Origin: Candidatus Parvarchaeota archaeon
GTDB lineage: Archaea; Nanobdellota; Nanobdellia; JAAOXT01
Assembly (NCBI GenBank): GCA_017609605.1
Contig: JAFCDO010000006.1
Location: forward strand, 1-36,911
Direction: 5' to 3'
Length of the DNA stretch: 36,911 nucleotides
The notes under the pieces were generated by a model, which did no database searches, was not told the DNA's origin, and saw only the letters and a program-made list of their open reading frames with translations. Both the position numbers and the translations under genes were made by a program. Position 1 is the first letter of the stretch. The number at the start of each line of letters is the position of its first letter. Shown piece by piece: positions 1-9,086 of the stretch.

Positions 1-981
1 AACAAAAAAATTGAGAAGAATGGTTACGCTTACAAAACTTCTGTAGGATTAATTTTTGACACTGGAAAGTTCAAAGACTACGCTAAATTTGGTAAGCTCA
101 ACCTAAAAGCGCAGAAAGCTGGGGCGCGAGTTAAGGTTGATGAAGAGCGCAAGAAACCCTGGGATTTCGCGCTGTGGATCACGAACCAGCCCAGCCATAT
201 CATGCAATGGCAATCCCCTTGGGGCAAAGGATTCCCTGGATGGCACTTGGAATGCAGTGCCATGAGCATCAAGTACTTAGGAGAACAGTTTGACATTCAT
301 TGCGGTGGGGAAGACCACATCAAAGTTCATCACACTAACGAGATTGCTCAATCAGAAGCCGCGACTGGGAAGAAGCCTTGGGTTAGATTCTGGTTGCACG
401 GCGCGTTCTTAATCATGCAAAAAGACAAGATGAGCAAAAGCGCGGGAAGTTTCGTTAAAGTGCAGGACTTGGTTGACAAAGGTTTTGACCCGCTGGCTTA
501 CAGGTATTTATGCCTTACAGCTAATTATCGCTCCAAGCTCTCTTTCTCGTGGAAAGTTCTAGAAAACGCTCAGAAATCTCTTAACAGTTTCCGAAGCAAG
601 ATTAAGCATTTAAACGAGCTTAACGAGCCGAATAAAAACAATAAGAGAAAATATGTTAAAAAATTCGATGCCCGCGTTAACAATGATTTGGATTTGCCTA
701 GCGCGCTAGCTTTAGCGTGGAGTGTCGTGAAAGCCAAGGACCTTGGAAGTAAAGAAAAAGTAGAATTGTTATTGGATTTTGACCAGATATTCGGTTTAAA
801 ACTCGCGGAATCTTTGAAAAAGGGGAGTGCGCCCAAAAAAGTTTTAAAGCTCATAAAAGAAAGAGAAGAAGCGAGAAAGAAGAAGGATTGGGTTGCTGCT
901 GACGCCCTGCGAGACAAGATTAAAGGTTTGGGATGGAAGGTTCAAGACTCGCGGGAAGGACCTAAACTCGAAAAAGTTTAG
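1..981 (+). CDS. cysS: Cysteinyl-tRNA synthetase, 5'-partial (starts before the window)
   Basis: Frame 1 is open from base 1. Motifs DFALW, W-SPWGKGFPGWHLECSAM, DIHCGGEDH--HHTNEIAQ and KMSKS, plus the C-terminal 'AADALRD' anticodon-binding region. Confidence 0.97.
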   Translation, partial: NKKIEKNGYAYKTSVGLIFDTGKFKDYAKFGKLNLKAQKAGARVKVDEERKKPWDFALWITNQPSHIMQWQSPWGKGFPGWHLECSAMSIKYLGEQFDIHCGGEDHIKVHHTNEIAQSEAATGKKPWVRFWLHGAFLIMQKDKMSKSAGSFVKVQDLVDKGFDPLAYRYLCLTANYRSKLSFSWKVLENAQKSLNSFRSKIKHLNELNEPNKNNKRKYVKKFDARVNNDLDLPSALALAWSVVKAKDLGSKEKVELLLDFDQIFGLKLAESLKKGSAPKKVLKLIKEREEARKKKDWVAADALRDKIKGLGWKVQDSREGPKLEKV

Positions 982-1307
982 TTCACAACTATTTTACCTG
1001 TTCCAGTGGTGTACGAGTAAGTAACGTTTCCTTTAATTTCGAATTTGTACTCAAAATTTTCTCCAGGGTTCAAGGTGGGGGACTCGAACAAACCGGACTT
1101 TATCTTGTGAGGTCGAGAATCCTGATTAATCCATTTGATGGTGTCGCCTTGGTTGATGGTTATTGAATCCTGGCTGATTCCTCCATTTGGGTTAAGGGTT
1201 ATGGTGAAAACGTTTTCTCGAAGATTTTTTTCGCCAAAAATGTTCATTGAGTCAATGCAACCAGATAAAAACACGAGAAGAATTACTGCAGAAAAAATTT
1301 TTTTCAT
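978..1307 (-). CDS. Cupredoxin/plastocyanin-fold lipoprotein lacking the C-terminal copper ligands
   Basis: Signal peptide with lipobox LSGC; 'ITINQGDTIKWINQDSRPH' and 'SPTLNPGENFEYKF' match the plastocyanin pattern; the C-x-x-H...M loop is absent. Confidence 0.75.
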   Translation of the reverse strand: MKKIFSAVILLVFLSGCIDSMNIFGEKNLRENVFTITLNPNGGISQDSITINQGDTIKWINQDSRPHKIKSGLFESPTLNPGENFEYKFEIKGNVTYSYTTGTGKIVVN

Positions 1308-1342
1308 TGGAGTAATCTATAGAAATGTTTGAAATATTAAAT

Positions 1343-2566
1343 TTACTCTTTTATCACGCCGTAGCCTACGAGTCTCCACCTGTTTCCAAAATGCTGGGAC
1401 AACGCTATTTTTTCGCCTTTCTCAATGCACACAGGGATTTTCAAGTGCATTTTAATGGTTTTGCCTTTGATGCCTGTTATCACTCCTAAGCTTTTGGACG
1501 TCCAGACGTTTATCATCACTGGCTCGTTCATTTTTAAGGGTTCAACGTTAAGCTCTTTTTTCGTTCCGACCACGCGTTTCATCAAATTAACTTCAATTGT
1601 TATCGAATTCCTTACTGGCGGAAGTTTTCCAGCGAGACCTGCAACGTTTCCTCCAAGAGAATCAGACCTTGCCAAGTAAGGGTCGAGTTGCGTGCCTATC
1701 CCTATTGACCCGCCAGGACTGATTTCACTTACTTCGTGGCCGCCAGTGTTTAACGATGTTATCTTGGTTTTTATTGGATTGTACTCTTCGCCTTCTTTAA
1801 TTCCTGGCCTGATTTCTAACACTTCCCCTGTTTTGAGTTTTCCCTGTTTTAGTGTTCCTCCAAGAACTCCGCCTAAGATCTCGTCAGGTTTTTTGCCGGG
1901 TTTGTTGACGTCAAAACTTCTGGCAATGACAAAGATAGGTTCTTTTTTAGGATCTCTTTTCGGGGTGGTTAAGTGTTTCTGAATGGTTTGAAGTAGTAAA
2001 TCAATGTTGGTCCCGAATTGCGCGCTTACAGGGATTATTGGCGCGTTCTCCGCAACAGTTCCTTTAACAAAGGATTTTATTTGCTTGTAGTTTTTCAGGG
2101 CTTGTTCTTGAGTCACGAGGTCTATCTTGTTCTGAACTATGATTATTTTATCAATGCCTAAAATGTTGAGCGCCATCAAATGTTCTTTGGTTTGAGGGCA
2201 GGGACAGTCCTCGCTCGCAGATATTAATAATAATGCTCCGTCCATCATAGCGGTTCCTGAAAGCATGGTTGCCATGAGCATTTCGTGGCCTGGAGCGTCA
2301 ACGAAAGAAACTTTTCTTAGCGGAGTCGTTGGAGTGCCGTGTTTCGGACACTTTTTTTTGATGGTGTAACATTCCGGGCCTTCACACTTTTCACATTTTC
2401 GAATGGTTAAATCCGCGTACCCTAATCTTATGGTTATGCCTCGCTTAAGCTCTTCTGAATGAGTGTCAGCCCACTTTCCGGTGAGAGCTTGGACTAAGGT
2501 TGTTTTGCCGTGGTCCACGTGGCCGACGGTTCCAATGTTCATTTCAGGCTGCACTGGTTCTTTCAT
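1343..2566 (-). CDS. eif2g: Translation initiation factor aIF2 gamma subunit
   Basis: GHVDHGKT, RGITIRLGY, Zn-ribbon cysteines, DAPGHE, NKID and C-terminal RWRLVGYG. ATG at 2566 overlaps the S6e stop (TGATG). Confidence 0.97.
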   Translation of the reverse strand: MKEPVQPEMNIGTVGHVDHGKTTLVQALTGKWADTHSEELKRGITIRLGYADLTIRKCEKCEGPECYTIKKKCPKHGTPTTPLRKVSFVDAPGHEMLMATMLSGTAMMDGALLLISASEDCPCPQTKEHLMALNILGIDKIIIVQNKIDLVTQEQALKNYKQIKSFVKGTVAENAPIIPVSAQFGTNIDLLLQTIQKHLTTPKRDPKKEPIFVIARSFDVNKPGKKPDEILGGVLGGTLKQGKLKTGEVLEIRPGIKEGEEYNPIKTKITSLNTGGHEVSEISPGGSIGIGTQLDPYLARSDSLGGNVAGLAGKLPPVRNSITIEVNLMKRVVGTKKELNVEPLKMNEPVMINVWTSKSLGVITGIKGKTIKMHLKIPVCIEKGEKIALSQHFGNRWRLVGYGVIKE

Positions 2567-3105
2567 CACTCTTTATTTTCCCATGTTTTTTTAGGTTCTT
2601 CTTTAGGCTTAGACTTTTCCTTCACTTTTTCTTTCTTGACTTCATCTTCCTTAGGTTTAGCTTCCTCTTTTTTGACTGTTTTCTCTTTTTGAGGCTCTTC
2701 TTTCTTGACTTCTTCAGATTTAGTTTCTTTCTCGGGTTTGGATTCTACGCCCCAGAGTTTTGGAACTTTTTCTTTGCCTTCTTTCACGCTTTTAGTGTTG
2801 ACTTGAATCACTTCCTCGCTTATCGTGTTTCCTCTAACAGTTTTTTTTCTTCGCTCGCCTTTTCGTTTGGGTTTGAAGCCAACGCCTCCTGAGAGCAGGA
2901 CTCTTTGTCTTCGGGTTCCGCGAACGTCTTTTCTCAGTGGAAAACCGGATTTATCGCTGCCTCCTGTTATGAGCAGTTCGTAGCCTTTTAGGCCGAAGTC
3001 TTCGCCTGAAAATTTTTCGCCAATCTTTTTGTTTAGAAGTTTGCCGTGAGTTTCGAATTCTTTTTGGTATGATTTACCGTTTTTTAATGATACAATAAGT
3101 TTCAT
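2566..3105 (-). CDS. rps6e: 30S ribosomal protein S6e with Lys/Glu-rich C-terminal extension
   Basis: ITGGSDKSGFP, GERRKKTVRGNTI and QVN motifs; conserved position next to eif2g. Confidence 0.95.
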   Translation of the reverse strand: MKLIVSLKNGKSYQKEFETHGKLLNKKIGEKFSGEDFGLKGYELLITGGSDKSGFPLRKDVRGTRRQRVLLSGGVGFKPKRKGERRKKTVRGNTISEEVIQVNTKSVKEGKEKVPKLWGVESKPEKETKSEEVKKEEPQKEKTVKKEEAKPKEDEVKKEKVKEKSKPKEEPKKTWENKE

Positions 3106-3179
3106 GTTTTCACTCCCGAGGCCTTTTTCATCCTCAGATGGTTAGAATTGTGTGACAGGGTTTTTTAAAGGTTTTTCTT

Positions 3180-4064
3180 TCAAATGATTTCGGCTTGACC
3201 GCTTTTCACCAATTGATTTAATACATTCCAATAACCATGAGCCGTCGAATCTGCTGTGATAATTTCTCCAACAGAAAAAAATTCTCCCCAGTGTTGAGCT
3301 TGTCCTGGTGTGAAGGGTTTAATCAATCTTATTTTATCTCCTTCGAGAATTCTTGTTTCAAAGCTTAATTGATCATAATTAAATAATGAATCAATGACTC
3401 CTAAAACATCTGATTCTTCTACTGGCTTGTCCTTCTGCAAGACCTTTCCATCAAATAAGTCCATCACTTCTTCAATTGATTTTTTTCCGTCCAATGCTGG
3501 AATAATCACCCCAAACAGTTCACTAGTTCCTCCTTTACAATAAGGAACTTCTCTTTCAAGTTGTTCTATTTTTGCAGTGGTTACTGGACAATACCTATCC
3601 GAAGATTTAACTGTGTTAAAAGGAAATCTTTTAACAACATCAAAATTAAATTCTTTTACCCCTCTTATGTCGCCTTTTCCTTGGTCAATTCTTTTAAGGA
3701 ATTCCCAATTCTCCTCAAGTCCTTCAATTAACGCGCTTAATTCTTGCCTATCTCTTTTTAATTTCACAGAACCATTTTTGTCAGCTATAAGCCATGCTTC
3801 TAAACGCGAACCTTCATGTCTTGAGACAACAACCGAGTCACTGTAACTAAATCCTTTTATGTCATCCGAAAATATTCCTAGAGCTAAGAAAAAACCTGAT
3901 AGCATGTCAAGATCCATTATCCCTGTCCTCTGCCCAATACCTAAAACGCCCACCCCTTTAGGCAAATCATTTATCAAGCAAGCGATGTAAGGGCTCTGAG
4001 TTATTCCATGATAACCTTCTTCTTTCGCTGGTCCAGAATAACTTATCATCTCTTTTATTCCCAT
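3180..4064 (-). CDS. Hypothetical protein; predicted N-terminal longin-like domain plus C-terminal winged-helix region
   Basis: Long 294-aa ORF filling the gap. The N-terminus follows a longin-type beta-beta-alpha-beta-beta-beta-alpha-alpha pattern with 'DMLSGFFLALGIF'; 'IIPALDGKKSIEEV...VLGVIDSLFNY' is wHTH-like. Domain calls are inference. Confidence 0.6.
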   Translation of the reverse strand: MGIKEMISYSGPAKEEGYHGITQSPYIACLINDLPKGVGVLGIGQRTGIMDLDMLSGFFLALGIFSDDIKGFSYSDSVVVSRHEGSRLEAWLIADKNGSVKLKRDRQELSALIEGLEENWEFLKRIDQGKGDIRGVKEFNFDVVKRFPFNTVKSSDRYCPVTTAKIEQLEREVPYCKGGTSELFGVIIPALDGKKSIEEVMDLFDGKVLQKDKPVEESDVLGVIDSLFNYDQLSFETRILEGDKIRLIKPFTPGQAQHWGEFFSVGEIITADSTAHGYWNVLNQLVKSGQAEII

Positions 4065-4116
4065 ATTAGAATCAATTTTTCAAGCATTTATAAATCTTTT
4101 TGTTACTTTTAAGTGA

Positions 4117-5895
4117 CTACATTCCCCACATCGGGTCTTTTTTGCGTTTGATGCTCAATATTTTTTTAACGGTTTCAACGTCTTCTTCTGGCAGGAATTG
4201 TTTAAGCTTTGATTTTATTAATAAGAAATCTTTCTTTGGCATGTCTGTTATCAGGGTGTCTCCTTCTTGCAAGTTTTTTCCTATTATTGCTTTGCTTATG
4301 GATAAAGCAATTTTTTCTCCTTTTTCTGCTAATTCCACATTTTTGCTTTCTTTTTGTATCCCTTTCACTTCTCCTAGTTTGGTGCCGTCTTCCGTCATGA
4401 GCCTGTATCCTGGCTTTATTTTTCCTGTTATGATTTCGAAGCCGGCTACGGCGGGATTTTTTTGTCTGAAAACGTATCCTGGTAGCAGTCTGGCTTGGGC
4501 TGGGTAAACAATGTTTTCAAGCTCTTTTTTCTTCTCTGACTCTATCACTTCGTCTTTCCATTCCAGGTAATCGTCTAATAACTTGTATATTATGTTGTTG
4601 AGTATAATTTTTATTCCGTGTTTTTGGGCTAGTTGTTCAGCGTCTTTGTTCGTGTTCACGTCGAATCCGAAGATCGCTGCGTGAAACTTGTTTTCTTGTT
4701 TGGAGTTGAGCGCTTCCATAACATCGTTTTTTGTTATGTTTCCTATTCCTGCTTTCCTTACCGGTATTTCTTGTGATTTGGACAGGTTTATGATCGCTTC
4801 TGCTGAGCCAAGAGTGTCTGTTTTGATGATTATCCCTGATTTGTCAGTGCTTACTAGCACGCTTTTAACTTCTTTTTCAATGGTTTTCTTGACCTCTTCT
4901 ATGAGTTCTGGAGTGGCTTCCGCTATCGGCATCCCTGCAACCACTGTTTCCAGATTTGAGCAACTAATTTTTATTCCTGCTGCTGCAGTCACGCTTTTCA
5001 CTCTGCTGAACTTGCATCCTTTTTCTCTGGTCGCCATGAGGGGAGCTGGTTTGAGCAGTGAGCGTATTTTGGTTATGACCGGTCCTTCCAGTCCGCCTAT
5101 GACTATCATGTCTCCTTCATCCAATCTGCCGTCGTACACCACGACGTCTAAGGTTTTGCCAAGCCCTTTTTCTTCTTTGACTTCCAAGACCACTCCTTTC
5201 GCGCATCCTTTTGTGTCCACGTCTAGTCTTCCTTCTAAGTATTTTTGTGACAGTCCTGACAGCAAGGTTAATAGTTCTGCTATCCCTTCTCCTGTGGTCG
5301 CGCTTACAGGTATTATGCTGACCGTTTTTTTGAAGTCTTCTACCCTATCGAATCTGTCGCTTTCGAACCCGAGTTCCGCGAGCGAGCCGAGGATTTGGTA
5401 AACCCTGTTGTCTATTTCTTTTTGAACGTATTCGTTTTGTTCTTTTATTGCTTCAAGGAACGATTTTTTTTTCGTGTTCTTCCAGGAGCTTATCAAATCT
5501 ATCTTGTTCGCGGCGACCATGAAAGGCCTCTTGCTTGCCCTGAGTATTTCTACTGCTTCAATGGTTTGTGGTTTGAAACCTTCGCTCACGTCCACCACGA
5601 GAACCGCTATGTCCGCCAGGTTTCCGCCGCGTTTTCTCAGATTGGTAAAAGCTTTGTGGCCTGGCGTGTCTACGAAAAGTAGGCCAGGAATTTTTAGGTT
5701 GAACCTGAATTTTTTCAAGAGGTTTCCGCACAAGTCTTTTATCACTTTTATCGGAATTTCGGTTGCGCAGATGGATTGAGTTATGCCACCAGCTTCTTTT
5801 TCTTGCAGCGTTGTTTGTCTTATTAGATCAAGTAGGCTTGTTTTGCCGTGGTCTACGTGACCGAGCATAGATATTATGGGTTGTCTTATGGTCAT
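4117..5895 (-). CDS. infB: Translation initiation factor aIF5B (IF-2)
   Basis: IRQPII-LGHVDHGKT, EAGGITQ, DTPGH-AF-NLR-RGG and NKID motifs; GAGGTGA Shine-Dalgarno upstream. Confidence 0.97.
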   Translation of the reverse strand: MTIRQPIISMLGHVDHGKTSLLDLIRQTTLQEKEAGGITQSICATEIPIKVIKDLCGNLLKKFRFNLKIPGLLFVDTPGHKAFTNLRKRGGNLADIAVLVVDVSEGFKPQTIEAVEILRASKRPFMVAANKIDLISSWKNTKKKSFLEAIKEQNEYVQKEIDNRVYQILGSLAELGFESDRFDRVEDFKKTVSIIPVSATTGEGIAELLTLLSGLSQKYLEGRLDVDTKGCAKGVVLEVKEEKGLGKTLDVVVYDGRLDEGDMIVIGGLEGPVITKIRSLLKPAPLMATREKGCKFSRVKSVTAAAGIKISCSNLETVVAGMPIAEATPELIEEVKKTIEKEVKSVLVSTDKSGIIIKTDTLGSAEAIINLSKSQEIPVRKAGIGNITKNDVMEALNSKQENKFHAAIFGFDVNTNKDAEQLAQKHGIKIILNNIIYKLLDDYLEWKDEVIESEKKKELENIVYPAQARLLPGYVFRQKNPAVAGFEIITGKIKPGYRLMTEDGTKLGEVKGIQKESKNVELAEKGEKIALSISKAIIGKNLQEGDTLITDMPKKDFLLIKSKLKQFLPEEDVETVKKILSIKRKKDPMWGM

Positions 5896-5901
5896 GATTG
5901 G

Positions 5902-5908
5902 TCACCTC
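5902..5908 (-). promoter_or_regulatory. Shine-Dalgarno GAGGTGA for infB
   Basis: tcacctc on the + strand, 6 nt upstream of the ATG. The same motif lies before rpl7ae (11331-11337) and thioredoxin (20754-20761). Confidence 0.75.
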
Positions 5909-5933
5909 GCAAAACCTCCTAGGAATATTTTAT

Positions 5934-6545
5934 TTATTTCTTCATGGGTGTTTTTAAAAGTTTTGAAAACTTTTTTTTCAGTATTTTGGATAGTAAGAGG
6001 GATAATTTTTTGATTTCCGCGTAGGTTGGGAAAGAATTGTCAAGAACGTAGTGGTAAATGCTCTGGTCTTGCGCGTTCACCCCGTAAATTTTTTTGTATG
6101 TTTTCACGTCTGTTTTGTTTCTTCTTTTAACGTCTCGAAGGGCTTGTTTAAAGGGCTTGTTATCTCTTTTAGCGACTCTTATAGCGATTTCTTGTTCGTC
6201 TCCTTTGACGTAAATTCTTATTTGAGCGTGCGTGCCTGCAGTCCAGCTGGTTATTCTGCCGTCCAGGACGACGCCTCCTTTTCTGGCGAGTTCGAGCATT
6301 TTTTTGTCGAGTTCCAAGTCCACTTTTGGGTTGCGGGTTGCCGAGAACTTTTCTAAAGTCATTCCTTCTTGTTTCGCCTTATCGCGGAACAGTTTTCCAG
6401 CTGTAACGTATTCTAGCCCGGTTTCTTTCGCGATTATTTTGGCTATCGTGGTTTTGCCAGAGCCCGCGAGTCCGGACACGGTTATTGTTAGTGCTTCGCT
6501 TTTTGGACCGTCAAATTTTTCTAGTTTTTTGATGAAAGTTCCCAT
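5934..6545 (-). CDS. cmk: Cytidylate kinase, archaeal type
   Basis: ITVSGLAGSGKTT P-loop, 'AGKLFRDKA', 'VVLDGR' and 'YKKIYG' motifs. Confidence 0.9.
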   Translation of the reverse strand: MGTFIKKLEKFDGPKSEALTITVSGLAGSGKTTIAKIIAKETGLEYVTAGKLFRDKAKQEGMTLEKFSATRNPKVDLELDKKMLELARKGGVVLDGRITSWTAGTHAQIRIYVKGDEQEIAIRVAKRDNKPFKQALRDVKRRNKTDVKTYKKIYGVNAQDQSIYHYVLDNSFPTYAEIKKLSLLLSKILKKKFSKLLKTPMKK

Positions 6546-6631
6546 TCCTTTACTGGTTTAGAACATTTGTTGGTTAAATAATTTTATTCAAAAAGCTTAG
6601 ACAAGATTTAAATTTTACTTTTTAGTTCTTT

Positions 6632-7090
6632 TTATCTTGTGGTGTGTTTCTCGTCGTCTCTCTGGTACGAGTGCATTTCTTTGTCCTTGAACCAGAGCTT
6701 TATTTCTTTTTTGGCGTCTTTCTGGTTGGCTGACGCGTGAACCAAGTTTTGACCCCTGATGAGATAATGAGCGTAGTCTCCTCTTATCGTGCCTGGCAGG
6801 GCTTCTTCTGGCCGGGTGGTGCCAACAATTTTTCTGACCGCGCTTATGGATTTTAGTCCTTCAACAACTATTGCGACGAGAGGTCCTTCTTCTATGAATG
6901 ACGCGAGTTCTTGGAAGAATGGTTTCTTAACGTGTTCTGCGTAATGCTGTTCGGTAAATTCCCTGTTGAGCCATACCATTTTCATGCCCACGATTTTAAG
7001 CCCTCTTTGCTCGAAGCGTTGGAGTATTTCCCCGACTAACCCTCTTTGGATGGCGTCAGGTTTCAGTAGTACGAGTGTTCTTTCAATCAT
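6632..7090 (-). CDS. ndk: Nucleoside diphosphate kinase
   Basis: ERTLVLLKPDAIQRGLVGEI, PGTIRGD and catalytic NLVHAS motifs. Confidence 0.97.
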   Translation of the reverse strand: MIERTLVLLKPDAIQRGLVGEILQRFEQRGLKIVGMKMVWLNREFTEQHYAEHVKKPFFQELASFIEEGPLVAIVVEGLKSISAVRKIVGTTRPEEALPGTIRGDYAHYLIRGQNLVHASANQKDAKKEIKLWFKDKEMHSYQRDDEKHTTR

Positions 7091-7100
7091 TTTTTTTTCA

Positions 7101-8558
7101 TCAGTATGCTTTCGCTATGTAAACGGTTTCTTTGGCTGGTTTGCCGCACACAACGCATTTTTTGAACTTGTTTTTCTCCCCACTTATTTTTTTGCCTCTA
7201 ACCAGTCCTCCCATTTTTTCTATTGTTTCAGCGCAACTCACTCCGTCAAGGTCTATGCTGCAGAACCCTGTGCAAGCTATCCTTCCAGCGTTCAAGGCGT
7301 CTTTAACTTCTTTGAGCGCACTCGTTTTTTTGACCAGGCTTGTAAACCTGCGAGCGTGTCTTTTTTTCAGTTTTGCAGTGTAATTTTTTGCTAAATTGTT
7401 CACGTGTTCTTCCAGTTTTGTTTTCTTGACGAATTCTCTTTTACCGTCTAGCCTGCTAACGACCGCTGCCTGTTTTTTCGCCAAGTCTTTTGGCCCTATC
7501 TCTATTCTGATTGGCACGCCTTTCATCTCCCAGTGGTTGAATTTTTCGCCTGGCGTTTTGTCGTCACTCCAATCCACTTTTGTGATGTACTTGTTTTCGA
7601 ATAACTTTTTGATGTTTTCGCATTCTCTTCGAATTTTTTGTTCTTTTCCTTTGAAAGGTATGGGAATTATAATTATTTGAACAGGAGATAAGTCGAATGG
7701 CAGTATGAGTCCTTGGTCATCGCCGAGGATGGCTATCATCGCCCCGTATATCCTGCTTATTGCTGGGCCGTAGCACGTGATGAACCCTAATCTTTCTTTT
7801 CCGTTTTTGTCTGTGAATGTCACGTTGAACGGTTTTGAAAAGTTGGTTCCGAGTAAGTGCGTGCTTGGTAGTTGTATGACTTTGCCCGACTCGGTTAGCG
7901 CGTCCGCAGCGTAAGTGTGCACTGCTCCTGGAAAAGTATCCCATGCAGGTCTTTGAAAGAACATGATTGGTATCGCGAACTCTTCTTCAAGCAGTTTATG
8001 GGTTGTTCTCATGTCTTCATGGACTTGCGCCATGGCGTCTTTCATGGTGGCGAACACGTTGTGAGCTTCTATCCAGTGGAATTCGCGTGCGCGGAGGAAG
8101 GGTCTAGTGGTTCCTTCATTTCTCCACACTTGACATGACAGGTAGCGCTTGAAAGGGAGGTCTTTGTAACTGCGAATCCATAGCGAGTACATTTGGTAAA
8201 GCGCGGTTTCGCTTGTTGGTCTTAGCGCTAATCTTTCATCAAGCTTTTTTTTGCCTGCGTGCGTTATCCAGAACACTTCTGGCGAGAATCCTTCCACGTG
8301 TTCTGCTTCTAGTTTGAAGTTTCGTTCAGGTATCACTGAGGGCATGGTGAGTGGTTCATGCCCTAGTTTTTCCAGTTCTGCTTCGTACTTGCCGTACATT
8401 TTTTTGATTGTTCTCGTGGCCCATGGCATGTAGCACACAAATCCTTTGACGTTGTATCTAGTATCAGCTAGTTCTGCTTTGTTTATCAGTTCTGTGTACC
8501 ACTTACTGAAATCTTTCTCTTTTTTGGATTGAATGCCTAACTCTTTTTTCTTCGCCAT
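7101..8558 (-). CDS. proS: Prolyl-tRNA synthetase, archaeal/eukaryotic type
   Basis: LALRPTSET, RPFLRAREFHW-E-H, PGEKFNHWEMKGVPIRIEIGP and C-terminal Zn domain CVVCG...AKAY. Confidence 0.96.
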   Translation of the reverse strand: MAKKKELGIQSKKEKDFSKWYTELINKAELADTRYNVKGFVCYMPWATRTIKKMYGKYEAELEKLGHEPLTMPSVIPERNFKLEAEHVEGFSPEVFWITHAGKKKLDERLALRPTSETALYQMYSLWIRSYKDLPFKRYLSCQVWRNEGTTRPFLRAREFHWIEAHNVFATMKDAMAQVHEDMRTTHKLLEEEFAIPIMFFQRPAWDTFPGAVHTYAADALTESGKVIQLPSTHLLGTNFSKPFNVTFTDKNGKERLGFITCYGPAISRIYGAMIAILGDDQGLILPFDLSPVQIIIIPIPFKGKEQKIRRECENIKKLFENKYITKVDWSDDKTPGEKFNHWEMKGVPIRIEIGPKDLAKKQAAVVSRLDGKREFVKKTKLEEHVNNLAKNYTAKLKKRHARRFTSLVKKTSALKEVKDALNAGRIACTGFCSIDLDGVSCAETIEKMGGLVRGKKISGEKNKFKKCVVCGKPAKETVYIAKAY

Positions 8559-8649
8559 TATTCAAGATTACTCATTCTTTTTGCTTAAAAAATGTTTTGA
8601 TTAATTATAACAATTCTTATAAACAGTATTGATTTTGGATTCTTTGATA

Positions 8650-9021
8650 ATGGCGATTTTATTGAAAACGAGTTCTAATGGCATTAATCGTTTCCGCGAT
8701 GCTTTAGAAAGGAATGTTTGGGCTGTCAGCAGTCCAGTCACTTTTCGTCTTAGTCGGTTCTGTTTCGCTGAAGAGGATAGGAAAGGCGTGGCTTACTGGC
8801 TTTTTGAGACTTATAACATTCCTGGCGCGCCGCCCAAAGAAGCTTATCCTCCGAACAGAGAACTTGTTTTAAGTTATTCTGAAGCTGTCAGCGATGTCAG
8901 TAAACCTTTTGACCGGTTGCTTAACGAGTTCGGCGTTGAGAGCTTAAAAACTATTGAAGGTGGTTTAGGGAATTTGGAAAAAGTTTTTTCAGAACTGTGT
9001 TTAAGAAGGTCAAAGCAATAA
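8650..9021 (+). CDS. Hypothetical protein
   Basis: ORF fills the gap divergent from proS and has an AT-rich, TATA-containing upstream region; no motif recognised. Confidence 0.6.
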   Translation: MAILLKTSSNGINRFRDALERNVWAVSSPVTFRLSRFCFAEEDRKGVAYWLFETYNIPGAPPKEAYPPNRELVLSYSEAVSDVSKPFDRLLNEFGVESLKTIEGGLGNLEKVFSELCLRRSKQ

Positions 9022-9086
9022 TCTTTTTAAATGATTACTTACCCTCTTTTAAAAAATCTTAATTTGAAAGGACGTGTTAATTGATA

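Noticed and set aside
2570-2760. Repetitive-looking CTTCTT/TTTC tract
   Set aside because: It is explained by Lys/Glu codons of the S6e tail; there is no fixed repeat unit or spacer structure, so it is not a CRISPR or tandem array.
3106-3145. CTGA/ATGA motifs and a short hairpin in the rps6e leader, suggestive of a C/D box or k-loop
   Set aside because: There is no full RUGAUGA box and the stem is short; evidence is too weak to call an ncRNA.
4100-5779. Several + strand ORFs (up to 237 aa) opposite infB, and similar antisense ORFs throughout the window
   Set aside because: They are shadows of well-supported genes on the other strand, with Ser/Phe/Leu-rich composition and no motifs.
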